Assembly (NCBI GenBank): GCA_002269645.1
Contig: NIVC01000936.1
Span: 124,001 to 188,000, forward strand
Reading direction: 5' to 3'
Length of the DNA: 64,000 nucleotides
From: Macrostomum lignano
Lineage: Eukaryota
Shown: piece by piece, positions 41,562-53,366 of the stretch
Numbering within the stretch: the stretch's first letter is position 1
Layout: every line of letters starts with the position of its first letter
Notes under the pieces: model-generated
Seen by the model: only the letters and a program-made list of their open reading frames with translations
Database searches by the model: none
Told to the model about the DNA's origin: nothing
Program-made: the position numbers and the translations under genes

Positions 41562-42066
41562 GTGCACTGGGCAGCCCGGGCCGGCTCCGCTGATTGCTTG
41601 GCCTGTCTTCTGCGCCTGGAAATTGCGGCGGGTCGCGCGGCACCGCAGCCGCCCAGCCTCCATCATCTGGCGATGCGGAGCGGCTCTGAGCAGGCGGTCG
41701 CCGTGCTTGACCGGCTGCGCGTGCCCGCCCTGCGCTTGGACAGCCGCGGCCGCTCCCTGCTTCACTCGGCAGCGGCCGGTGGCAGCGAGGGCCTCGTCAA
41801 ACGCCTGCTTGACACGCCAGCAGCGGCGTTGAAGCAGTCGCTGACCGCTGTGGACAATCGAGGAGCCACGCCGGCTCACGCTGCTGCGGCGGCCGGTCGT
41901 GCGGACATCCTTCGACTGCTGTTGGACGGAGGCGACTGCAGCACCGCGGCGGAGACGCTGCTTCGCGCAGCAGCTCGCGGCGGCTGCCTTGAATCCGTCC
42001 GGCTGCTGCTTGACAGAGCGGAGGGTCGCTTGAGCTTTGATCGTTCTGTGTCCGAAGATGCTGAAG
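41562..42066 (+). CDS. Ankyrin-repeat protein, exon 3
   Basis: CAG|GTG acceptor. Splicing restores KGRLP|VHWAARAG. Phase-1 donor G|GTGTGT. Confidence 0.88.
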
Positions 42067-42229
42067 GTGTGTGTTTCTGCAACTGCTTTATGAGTCAGCG
42101 TGAGTATGCTAGTCCATTACAAGTACAAGTTCCACTAATACTCGGTGCACATCAAGTGACAGCAGATCCCTATCAGTGCCAGTTCATCTGCCTCAGCTGC
42201 CCGAGCCCACTCAATTTCTTAAGTTCAGT

Positions 42230-42830
42230 GCTCAGTTAGGTTTATTTTATTAGGTTAATTTTATCATTGTTTTAGTTTCTTTTACGAGCTAGTTTAGTTC
42301 ACTTTAGTTTAGTTCACTTTAGTTCAGTTTAGTTCACTTTAGTTCAGTTTTGTTCAGCTTAGTTTATTTTAGATCAGTTTAGTTCAGATATTCGTGTTAA
42401 TTTAGTTTAGTTCAGTTCAGTTCAATTTAGTTCTGAATCTAGTTTAGTTTAGTTTAGTTACTTTACCATTTTTATTTTAGTTTCGTTTCGTTTCGTTTCA
42501 TTCAGTTTAGTTTAGTTAAGTTTAGTTTAGATCAGTTTAGTTCAGATAATCGTGTTTAGTTTAGCTTATTTTTTATTTTCGTTTAGTTTCGTTTAGTTTA
42601 GTTTAGTTAAGTTTAGTTAAGTTTAGTTAAGTTTAGTGTAGTTCAGTTTAGTTTAGCTTAGTTTAGTCTAGTTCAGTTTAGTTCAATTTAGTTCAGAGGA
42701 TCCCGTTTAGTTTAGTTTAGTTTAGCTTATTTTTTAATTTTAGTATAATTCAGTTTAGTTTAGTTCAGTTTTTTACTGGTAGTTTACTTCACTTTAGTTC
42801 AGTTCAGTTTCGTTCAGTTTAGTGCAGTTT
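42230..42830. repeat. Degenerate (TTTAG/TTCAG)n pentamer repeat (intronic)
   Basis: Direct inspection. Confidence 0.92.
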
Positions 42831-42970
42831 ATTTATCTGCGAGATGCATCACCGACCCTAGGTGTGAGTATTCTCCAGCACCCGATGCTCCTGATAGAAA
42901 AACAAACAAACCAAAAACTGGGTCGCCAATAAACTCACTTTAACGAGCTGCTTGCTCATCAAACGCGCAG

Positions 42971-43554
42971 ACGCTCCGCCACTGGAACAGAGCCGATTCC
43001 GCGAAACAGCGGCGCACGCAGCCGCCAGAGCGGGCCAGACGGAGTTGCTGTCCGAGCTGGTGCTCAGTCGAACGGAGCCGCCGCCACCGGGGCTGCTCCA
43101 CGCGGCTGCGGAAGCTGGCCAGGCCGCCACGGTGACTCTGCTGCTGGAGTCCGGCCGCTGCTGCCCGTTCGATAGGGACCCGGCCACTGGTCGGACGGTG
43201 GCCCACTGCGCCGCTGCGTCTGGCGACCCCAGGACACTGAGAGCTGTGCTCGCTTTCGATCAAGACGATGCGATGTCCAAGTCGACTGACTCCGCGGGAC
43301 GGTCGCTGCTGCACTCGGCAGTGGAGACGGAGGCGGCCGCTGTGAGCCCCTCAGCCCAGCGCCATCTCGTTGTCCGTCGCCTACTTCGATTGGACGGCAA
43401 GGCGGGCCAGCCGCTGACGCAGGATGCGGACGGCCGGACGCCGGTGGACCTGGCTGTGCTGTCGGGCGCCGGCCCGGCCTTGGCGGTCCTCCTCGGGGCT
43501 CTGGTGACGGAGGGCAAGTCGTCCGAGGTGCTTTCGGAGGTGCGAGATTTGGAG
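42971..43554 (+). CDS. Ankyrin-repeat protein, exon 4
   Basis: CAG|AC phase-1 acceptor, GAG|GTAATT donor (alternative at 43539). RETAAHAAA, GRTVAHCAA, GRSLLHSA, GRTPVDLA. Confidence 0.82.
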
Positions 43555-43813
43555 GTAATTTGGAAGAAATGGTGTGGATACCGTTTTTATTTGGTAGGTT
43601 GGGGCGAGAAGCTCGGCGATCAACGCATATGACTCTTCCGCAACGATCCCTGATTCGATTCCGTACATCCGGCAACTTACACCTTGCGCCTCTGCGCCTT
43701 GGGGGTTGGCCCTCATCCTTGTGAACCCCTGTCCAATAATCGCGCACAAGCCATAAATAAATGCTCACGGAATTGAACCATGCAGGGGTTTACCGCTCCT
43801 CTGCCACCACCAG

Positions 43814-44251
43814 AACCGCATCATCATCCCAGCCACCCATCGCACACTGAAGGGTCGCGGCCTGTTGCACTCCGCCTGTCTCACTGGCCGCGCAGACACC
43901 GTTCTACAATTGGTTGCTATGGGCTTGAGCCCTTGGCAACCGGACGCGCACGGCCTGCCGGCGGTATGCTACGCCGCAGCCGCCAAGAGTCCGGACGCTC
44001 TGCACGCTCTGCTCAACGCTGGCACGGTCGGCGGGCTCGGCCTCCTGGCAGCTCGCGTGGCCGAAGACGGCGCCACCCTGGCGCACTTGGCCGCTCACGC
44101 CAACCGCCCTGCGGCACTTCGTCTGCTGGCGGCGGCCGGCCTGCCCGTCCTGACTGCGGTCGATTTCGACGGCTGGAGTCCATTGCAACTGGCGATCGCC
44201 GCTGGAGCCTGGGACGCCGCTGAGGCCTTGGTCGATGAGGCCGCTTCGCAG
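43814..44251 (+). CDS. Ankyrin-repeat protein, exon 5
   Basis: CAG|AAC acceptor (phase 0), CAG|GTAAAA donor. GATLAHLAA, GWSPLQLA. Confidence 0.8.
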
Positions 44252-44391
44252 GTAAAACTTTGCATGCCATTCATTCCACAGAATCTACTGAGAACTTTCA
44301 AACTCGAGCACGAGCCTCAAATCACGGAATCGAACCCTGGGTAGCTTACCACTTTACTGAGTTCAGCAGTGCCGTTTCGTCACTTTGACAG

Positions 44392-45516
44392 GTGGAAGCT
44401 GCCATCGCGGCCGAGGCAGACCCGACGGTTGAGTGTCCGGCCGCGGCGCGCCTCCCGGACATGCGGACGCCAGACGGTCGATCGCTGCTTCATCTGGCCG
44501 TGGCAGCTGGAAACTCCGGCCTGGTGATCGGCATTCTCTCCATCGCCCGTCTGTTGAGCCCGCCAGCATCGGGTCAGTCCTCCCCGCCGCTGCATCCGAC
44601 GCACGTCCCCGATCCGCTGGGCTGGACGCCGCTGCATGTGGCCCTCTTTGCTGGTCGGGCGAATCTCGCTCGCCTGCTTCTGGACATCAGCCCGGTGACG
44701 GCTTTGTCAGTCAGCCGTACCGCTGACGGCCTGACCTGCCTGCACCTGGCCGTGTCCGGCTGCTGCCTCGGCCATGGCAGCGTGGATGCCATTCAACTGT
44801 GCCAGGAGTTCTGGCCCTGGCAGGCGGTCACCAGAGACAATGAAGGCGCAATGCCGATTCATTTGGCGTCGGCCTGCGGCTGTGAAGCTGCTGTGAGCGC
44901 TTTGCTGAGCACTGGCGGCGTGTTTCAATCCGTGCATCTGACTGCTCAAGGCGACTCTCCGCTGCACCTAACCGGCTCGGAGTCTGTGGCCCGCCTGCTG
45001 TCCAGCCGGATGCTAATGAAGGACCGAATTCAGCGTAATTTAGCCGGACGCACCCCCAGCGAGGAGGCGCGAGCTCGGGGCCGCTCTGAGGCGCTTGTCG
45101 AACTGCTACGAGAGCTGGAGCTGGAGGCACTGGTGGATGCTGATGGGAAACAACCTGCCAACCAGCCTACCAACCAGCCTGCGAACCAGCCTGCGAACCA
45201 GCCTGCCAACCAGCCTGCCAACCAGCCTACCAACCAGCCTACCAACCAGCCTACCAACCAGCCTGCCAACCAGCCTGCCAACCAGCCTGCCAACCAGCCT
45301 GCCAACCAGCCTGCCAACCAGCCTGCCAACCAGCCTACCAACCAGCCTGCCAACCAGCCTGCCAACCAGCCTGCCAACCAGCCTGCCAAAAAAATACCAA
45401 CCAGCCTGCCAACCAGCCTGCCAACCAGCCTGCCAGCCAGCCTGCCGACCAGGTCTCTCGATCGCGAATCTCTAGTAGTAGGAGATTACGTTAAAAATAG
45501 CTATAACTTATATTGA
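44392..45516 (+). CDS. Ankyrin-repeat protein, exon 6 (3' boundary uncertain; the frame reads through a 12-bp repeat)
   Basis: CAG|GTG acceptor. [31 protein letters not shown]. Confidence 0.78.
   Translation: MEAAIAAEADPTVECPAAARLPDMRTPDGRSLLHLAVAAGNSGLVIGILSIARLLSPPASGQSSPPLHPTHVPDPLGWTPLHVALFAGRANLARLLLDISPVTALSVSRTADGLTCLHLAVSGCCLGHGSVDAIQLCQEFWPWQAVTRDNEGAMPIHLASACGCEAAVSALLSTGGVFQSVHLTAQGDSPLHLTGSESVARLLSSRMLMKDRIQRNLAGRTPSEEARARGRSEALVELLRELELEALVDADGKQPANQPTNQPANQPANQPANQPANQPTNQPTNQPTNQPANQPANQPANQPANQPANQPANQPTNQPANQPANQPANQPAKKIPTSLPTSLPTSLPASLPTRSLDRESLVVGDYVKNSYNLY
45150..45445. repeat. 12-bp minisatellite (AACCAGCCTGCC), in frame as NQPA
   Basis: Direct inspection. Confidence 0.95.
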
Positions 45517-45559
45517 AGTCTCTTTGGGCACTGAAAAACTGAATAAAGGGAGTTGTACG

Positions 45560-45830
45560 AGCTAGCCTTAGTTGTCAGAGCATCGGACTCACTACTTAAT
45601 GGTCGGGGGTTCAATTCCCGACCCTTTCAGAACAATTTGTGTCCTTGAGCAAGACACCTAACTCTGCATTGCTTCAGTTCACTCGGCTGTAAAATGGGTG
45701 CCAGCATTAGTTGGGGTAATTGAGGATGTGTGTGGCGACCCCCCCCCCCAGTCCTTGGACTGAACAGCCGTACGCAGCCTTCAGATGCGCCGCGCAATAG
45801 CTGCGGCTGAGGTGTCGGTTGCACATCTGG
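45560..45830 (+). mobile_element. tRNA-derived SINE with a CORE-like central domain
   Basis: A-box TAGCCTTAGTTG (45563), B-box GGTTCAATTCC (45608-45618), then GTGTCCTTGAGCAAGACACCTAACT...CTGTAAAATGGG, resembling the recalled MIR/CORE segment. The 3' end is approximate. Confidence 0.68.
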
Positions 45831-46544
45831 CCATTAGGGCAGGTGTAATTTCAAGATGGCGCTTCTAGTTTAAAGAAGCCTCTTTATTGATTTTAGATAT
45901 GTCCATGTTGCTGCAACCACATTCATTACTTGGAAAATAATGATTCTTGTTTCGAATTGTAATTTCATACGTATTTGACTTTTATATAGTTCTGCCGTTA
46001 TTGCCCTCCATTGCTACTTGAAGTAGTGCAAATCTTCTACTATTTAATTTACTAGGTACTGCCGTTAGAAGTTTATAAACCAATAAAAATGCTTATCCTG
46101 AATAAAAATAGTCTGTTCATTGCTGCCGACATTCTTTTGTCAGTCTGTCTCGGGCTGGGGTTCAAGGCTTTGGATTAAATGGAAGCTGAGATTGTTCGCC
46201 TCATCAAAGTATCTCCAAAGTTCTTCGTAAATAGACTGCCAAGTGAAGTTTGACTGCCAAGCAGAAGAAGAGCAGTGCAATTTAAGCAGTAAATTGTAAA
46301 AGATGCTTCAATTTAACAGTGTTGTAAACCTGAAAATATGGAACTTCTCGAATTGGGGTAATAAAATATTTGCTAAGAGAACCGGACGTAGATGTGACAG
46401 CTGTGGCCCGTGAGGAGATCAGAGTTCAGGAAATAAAGAGGATAGAGAAACTGGGGGTAGATGAGAACTGGAGAAGGGCAGATATGATAGAAGTGAAATA
46501 ATAAAAATGAGGGTGAGGGAAATTTGAAATGAGAGCTAAAAAGG

Positions 46545-47290
46545 GTAGAGATGAGAGCAGGGGAAGTGTAGAGATGAGAGCAGGAGAAGTGTAGAGATGA
46601 GAGCAGGAGAAGTGTAGAGATGAGAGCAGGGGAAGGGTAGAGATGAGAGCAGGGGAAGGGTAGAGATGAGAGCAGGGGAAGGGTAGAGATGAGAGTCGGG
46701 GAAGGGTAGAGATGAGAGTCGGGGAAGGGTAGAGATGAAAGCCGGGGAAGGGTAGAGATGAGAGTCGGGGAAGGGTAGAGATAGGAGTTGGAAAGGGTAG
46801 AGATGAGAGCAGGGAAATGTAAAGATGAGAGCAGGAAAAGGGTAGGGATGAGAGTCGGGGAAGGGTAGAGATGAGAGTCGGGGAAGGGTAGAGATGAGAG
46901 TCGGGGAAGGGTAGAGATGAGAGCAGGGAAATGTAAAGATGAGAGCAGGGAAATGTAAAGATGAGAGCAGGAAAAGGGTAGGGATGAGAGTCGGGGAAGG
47001 GTAGAGATGAGAGTCGGGGAAGGGTAGAGATGAGAGTCGGGGAAGGGTAGAGATGAGAGTCGGGGAAGGGTATAGATGAGAGTCGGGGAAGGGTAGGGAT
47101 GAGAGTTGGGGAAGGGTAGAGATGAGAGTCAGGGAAGGGTATAGATGAGAGTCGGGGAAGGGTAGAGATGAGAGTCGGGGAAGGGTATAGATGAGAGTCG
47201 GGGAAGGGTAGAGATGAGAGTCGGGGAAGGGTAGAGATGAGAGTCAGGGAAGGGTAGGGATGAAAGCTGGGAAAGGGTAGAGATGAGAGC
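46545..47290. repeat. 23-bp G-rich minisatellite
   Basis: Unit GAGATGAGAGTCGGGGAAGGGTA. Confidence 0.96.
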
Positions 47291-47529
47291 TGAGTACCTT
47301 TAGGCCAATATTCACAATCTTTTCAAAAGAATCGTAAAATGCAAGACGAAAATGAACTTTAAAATCTGCAGCTTCCGGTACGGAAGCGGCGCGTATTTTT
47401 AGATTTTTATTACCTGAGTAGCATGCACGGATATAGTAAGAGTTGTAATTCAAGTCCCATTTAGGTGGTTTATTTACTGATACAATCAACATCGAATACG
47501 GACTCGACAGGAATTAAGGGGGTTGAGCA

Positions 47530-47656
47530 TTAGTCGGAGTAGCAGTGCGGGAACTGCTGTCGGAACTCGTTCATGGCCACGTCACCGAATTTGTACAGCT
47601 TCTTGCAGGGCGTGCCCACGCTCTCAAAGATGCCGTTGTACTTCTGGCGGCTGCTC
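47530..47656 (-). CDS. Divergent ETS-domain protein, exon 3 (last coding exon)
   Basis: CAG|G phase-2 acceptor. SSRQKYNGIFESVGTPCKKLYKFGD...TAA. Confidence 0.78.
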
Positions 47657-47694
47657 CTGCGGCGGGTTTGAGAGAGGAGTGTGACTAGAGAGTT

Positions 47695-48650
47695 TCATTA
47701 GAGAGGTTATGATTAGACAGGGTGATTTAACAGGGTGATTAGAGAGGTCTGATTAGACAGGGTGATTAGAGGGGCCTGATTAGACAGGGTAATTGTAGAG
47801 GCCTGATTAGACAGGGTGATTAGACAGGGTGATTAGAGAGGCCTGATTAGACAGGGTGATTAGAGAGGCCTGATTTGACAGGGTGATTAGAGAGATCTGA
47901 TTAGACAGGGTGATTAAAGAGGTCTGATTAGACAGGGTGATTAGACAGGTCTGATTAGACAGGGTGATTAGAGAGGCCTGATTAGACAGGGTGATTAGAG
48001 AGGCCTGATTAGACAGGGTGATTGTAGAGGCCTGATTAGACAGGGTGATTAGAGAGGTCTGATTAGACAGGGTGATTAGAGAGGCCTGATTAGACAGGGT
48101 GATTAGACAGGGTGATTAGAGAGGCCTGATTAGACAGGGTGATTAGAGAGGCCTGATTAGACAGGGTGATTAGAGAGGCCTGATTAGACAGGGTGATTAG
48201 AAAGGCCTGATTAGACAGGGTGATTGTAGAGGCCTGATTAGACAGGGTGATTAGACAGGGTGATTGTAGAGGCCTGATTAGACAGGGTGATTAGACAGGG
48301 TGATTAGACAGGGTGATTAGACAGGGTGATTAGACAGGGTGATTAGACAGGGTGATTAGACAGGGTGATTAGACAGGGTGATTAGACAGGGTGATTAGAC
48401 AGGGTGATTAGACAGGGTGATTAGACAGGGTGATTAGACAGGGTGATTAGACAGGGTGATTAGACAGGGTGATTAGACAGGGTGATTAGACAGGGTGATT
48501 AGACAGGGTGATTAGACAGGGTGATTAGACAGGGTGATTAGACAGGGTGATTAGACAGGGTGATTAGACAGGGTGATTAGACAGGGTGATTAGACAGGGT
48601 GATTAGACAGGGTGATTAGACAGGGTCATTAGACAGGGTGATTAGACAGG
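47695..48650. repeat. 13/14-bp minisatellite (intronic)
   Basis: ATTAGACAGGGTG mixed with ATTAGAGAGGCCTG. Confidence 0.97.
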
Positions 48651-48740
48651 ACTGCTACCAGAAGAATTGCTATAAATAGCAATACATTTTTAAGCTACTA
48701 TTTATAGATCCAAGGGTTTAAAAGTGCAAGCCAGGCTGAC

Positions 48741-48999
48741 CTGATGGCTCGGGTCAGCGTACTGAACTCCGCGCTGGTGTTGCTCTTGAACTTGCACCAG
48801 ATCAGAGCCAGCATCTGGGTATTCAGCACCAGGAAATAGTTCGATGGCCGATCTGTCGGCTTCCTGCGCTGGTCGCAAAACACGGCCACCTGGCCAAGGG
48901 CCGACTGCTCATCAGGAGATTCAAAAGTTGGCGCCGAGGAGTTGAGAACGCTGTGCAGAATGACGCCCAGGAATGTGTGAATTCGGCGACCGTGACCTT
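48741..48999 (-). CDS. Divergent ETS-domain protein, exon 2
   Basis: CAG|AA phase-1 acceptor, AG|GTCAGC phase-2 donor. IHTFL...FLVLNTQMLALIWCKFKSNTSAEFSTLTRAIR. Confidence 0.78.
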
Positions 49000-49034
49000 C
49001 TGTTGAATGAGTGAACGGTTGTTGCGAAATCTAT

Positions 49035-49918
49035 GGAATTCTATCAAACTAATCTAGAGACCTTTTTGGAACTGATCTAGAGATAATCTAGAAACTAATC
49101 TAGATACAATCTAGAAACTGATCTAGAGACAATGTAGAAACTAATCTAGAGACAATCTAGAAACTAATCTAGAGACAATCTAGAAACTAATCTAGAGACA
49201 ATCTAGAAACTAATCTAGAGACAATCTAGAAACTGATCTAGAGGCAATCTAGAAACTGATCTAGAGACAATCTAGAAACTAATCTAGAGACAATCTAGAA
49301 ACTAATCTAGGGACAATCTAGAATCTGATCTAGAGACAATCTAGAAACTAATCTAGAGACAATCTAGAAACTGATCTAGAGACAATCTAGAAACTGATCT
49401 AGAGACAATCTAGAAACTGATCTAGAGACAATCTAGAAACTAATCTAGAGACAATCTAGAAACTAATCTAGAGACAATCTAGAAACTGATCTAGAGATAA
49501 TCTAGAAACTAATCTAGATACAATCTAGAAACTAATCTAGAGACAATCTAGAAACTAATCTAGAGACAATCTAGAAACTAATCTAGAGACAATCTAGAAA
49601 CTAATCTAGAGACAATCTAGAAACTGATCTAGAGATAATCTAGAAACTAATCTAGATACAATCCTTAAACTAATCTAGAGACAATCTAGAAACTAATCTA
49701 GAGACAATCTAGAAACTGATCTAGAGGCAATCTAGAAACTAATCTAGAGACAATCTAGAAACTATTCTAGAGACAATCTAGAAACTAATCTAGAGACAAT
49801 CTAGAAACTATTCTAGAGACAATCTAGAAACTAATCTAGAGACAATCTAGAAACTATTCTAGAGACAATCTAGAAACTAATCTAGAGACAATCTAGAAAC
49901 TAATCTAGAGACAATCTA
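49035..49918. repeat. 23-bp minisatellite (11+12 dimer, each half containing TCTAGA; intronic)
   Basis: Unit TCTAGAAACTAATCTAGAGACAA. Confidence 0.97.
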
Positions 49919-50012
49919 AAGATCAGAGTGTAAACATCAGCTAGACCTTTACGGTCATTAGAAGAATGTCTAGAGCAGATCTAAAGAGCCCGTAGCATCC
50001 AAACTCGCTCAC

Positions 50013-50493
50013 CCATTCTCCGTCGAATGATGTCTGCAGCCTTGGCGGCCTTCTCGTGCATCAGCGGGTCCAGTCCTGAGCCGCCGAAGCCGCCGCCGCC
50101 GCCCTGCACACTTGAAGAAGCAGCCGTGGCTGAAACACAGCTTACCGCCTGCGGCGGCACGTAGGGTGGCAACAGTCGCAGCGTTAAAATCTGCGGCGGA
50201 GAACGGCTGCGGCTGCGGCTGCGGCTGCGACTTCGGCTATGACTTCTGCTGCGGCTTCTGCTGCGGCTTGTCCGCTTCATCGAATAGTCAATCGGCTTCT
50301 CATCTGAGTCAGTCGGCGGGGACAGCTGATGAAGGCTGCTGGGCGGCTTTGACAGGGCGGGACAGGGCTGCAGCGGCGGAGGCGGCAGCGGCTGCTGCTG
50401 TTTGATGCCATCAAGATTTCGCCGGTGCGTCAGCTGCAGCGACACCTCCTGCGGTCCGCGGTGATCGGTAAACAACGCGGGCAGCTCTTGCAT
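50013..50493 (-). CDS. Divergent ETS-domain protein, exon 1 (Pro-rich, RS-rich, PIDYS motif; the true start may be upstream)
   Basis: ATG G|GTGAGC phase-1 donor matches exon 2. The spliced CDS is 867 nt (288 aa). Confidence 0.7.
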
Positions 50494-51090
50494 CCTTGTC
50501 AGGCTCTGGCTTGAGGCTTTTCACCTGTGACCGTGTGTGTGTGTCGGTATGTGTGCGTGTTGGGTTGCGTGCTTGAGTGCCCGCCTGTGACGCTGAAGCT
50601 TCGTTTATTAAATAAAACACGGTCAGAGCCCAGGTGACCCAGCTGCCCCCACCCTGCCCGCCCAGCTCTGCAATTCTCTCTCTGCATCGAAAAGGAAGGA
50701 AAGAAGAACTGCTGCTGCTGCTGTTGTTGCTGCTGCTGCTGTCGCTAATGCAGTGTAATGAAAAGAGCAGAAGTTTTTGGTCTGATAAGAGAACTTCATC
50801 GCGTTCAGAGTTGAATAGGAGGGACGGCCGAGTGTACATTTAAGGGAGTCACAAGTGGCAGCCCTCCTGTGTGCAGCTGCTGCGTGTGACATAAACAATA
50901 GGGGGGCAGGGGTGGCTGCGGCTGCAGAGGCTTCAAAGCTGAGCGAAGGCTGTACGCAGGCTGGCGGGGCGGCGTCTCGGAACTGCCGAGAGACTTAAGC
51001 CCGAGCGCGAGTGCCAGTCATCGGTATGGGTGAGGGGGCTGCCGCAGAGTGCAGCGATGACACAGGCTAACTCGAATTCATGTCTCTCCG

Positions 51091-51530
<440 letters not shown>

Positions 51531-53366
51531 GAGGGCCATGCTAACTGCTCTGAGGTCTCTGCGGTTGAGCCTGAGGAGGGCTCTACGCAGGAGAGGAGAG
51601 GGGCAGAGGACGGCAGCACGGGATTGCCTACAATTCCGGGTGTCGTGCCACCTGCAGAGATGCTCGGAGTCAGTCCAGCGGTTAACGCGGGAGTTGATCA
51701 CCGAGGCGGGATGGGGGCTCCCGGCCCCAGCAGCACGCCGGCGGAGCCAGCCTTGGCCAGCAGGTCAGCGTGCTCGTTGCCGAGGAAACCAGCGTGGCCC
51801 GGGATCCATCTGAGCTCCACCTGGTTGCCTAGCGCAAGCCCGTCGAGCTGGGTATTGCAGTCCAGGACGGACCTGGGGCTGGCGGTGCTGCGGCAGAGGG
51901 CCCGAAGGGCTGCTTGGCTGTCAGAGGGAAAAATAAATTTCCGACCGCCAAGCTGCCTTCGGCGCAGCTCTGCCGCGCAGGAGCTGATGGCAAGCACCTC
52001 GCTCTGAAAAACACTGGAGTTGAGCCCAGTGTGCTGGGAGTAGCTTCACACCACTTCTCCCTTGAAGAAGACGCAAGCTCTGAAGCCTGAAAGACCATGC
52101 CTCATAGAGCCGTCAGTGCAACAGTGGACTTCAGAATCGCTCCAGCTGTCACTCGCCTCGTGTCGAGGCTGAATAGTGACCTTATACCTTTGGCTCAGGA
52201 GAAGGGTGGCTGGGATCGAGTCCGTGAGGATGTTGAGCCCGCCACACTCCTCGAGAGCCTTGAGGCAGAGGTCAGAGTGCGGGATAAGCGACCGCTTCTT
52301 AAAGGCCCGCACTTTTTTGAAGGCCACCCCAGCATCCAGAAGACGCCGGGTGCTCTTCGCCGCCTCTCCTTTAATATAAATATCCAGAGGAGGGGCACAG
52401 AGGAAGGCATTCATGCCTTCAAAAGGAGTAGGGGGTGGAGCGCCCATAGTCATGCGGCAGGCTCTGCCCTGGATTTTGTAGAGGGCGTCGAGGTTGCTCT
52501 TGGCGCTCAGGCCGCTGGCCCACTCGAGGATGGCGTAACTGATCGAGGGGCGGATGATGGCAGTGTAAATCCACCACAGCTTCCTGGGGGTGAGCCCCCA
52601 GGTGGTGCCCACGGCGCGCCTGATCTGGGCCAGGACAACCAGGGCTTTTTTGGCTTTAGTTTGAATGTGCGGAGTCCAGTTAAGCCTGTGGTCCAGAGTG
52701 AGGCCCAGGCAGCGGACCTGCTTCTCCATGGAAATATTCTTTCCATAGAGGGTGAGTGGCTTAATGGTCCAGAGCAGTTTGTTGGTAAACATGACTGCTG
52801 TGGTTTTCGACTCTGAGAGTCTAATGCCACATTGGTTTGCCCAACGCTCCGCTCGTCCCAGAAAGCCCTGCAGAAGGTCTCTGATGGTATCAACCGAGGG
52901 GCCCGCGAATATCGCGGTCACATCATCGGCATAGCCCACCTTGAGAATGGGGTCGTGGAGATCACTGCAAAGCAACTCATCCATGACCATGTTCCAGAGA
53001 ATGGGGGTGAGAACTCCGCCCTGGGGGCCCCCTTTCAGGACAGGCACCGAAAGAGAGCTGCCGTTCAGGTGGGCCACAACAGTGCGGTTCCGGATCATGA
53101 ACATGATCCACCGGACAAGGTGAGGGTGCGTGGCCCTGGATTCCAGGGCTCTGCAAAAGGCCTCGAAGATGAAGTTGTCGAAGGCCCCCTCAATGTCCAG
53201 GAAAAGCGAGAGGGCAAAGCCGATGCCAAGAACGGCCCTCTCCAGGAAGTCAACAATGACATGGAGGGCACTCTCGGTAGACCTGCCTGCGCGGAAGGCG
53301 TGCTGGTTCTGCGAGAGTGGGAAGCGCTTCAGCTCGACTGAAAGCAGGCGCCAAAGCACCAGTCTC
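51531..53366 (-). pseudogene. LINE ORF2 3' part: RT core, thumb, RNase H
   Basis: QHAFRAGRST, FLDIEGAFD, GGPQGGVLTPILWN, YADD, then TDGS...SEV...DSQAAL...WIPGH...GNEHADLLAK. One stop at 52046-52048 and a frameshift near 51710. Confidence 0.93.

Noticed and set aside
39827-45130. Numerous antisense and alternative-frame ORFs over ankyrin, MAP3K4 and LINE coding regions
   Set aside because: They are expected shadows of GC-rich coding sequence and contain no motifs.
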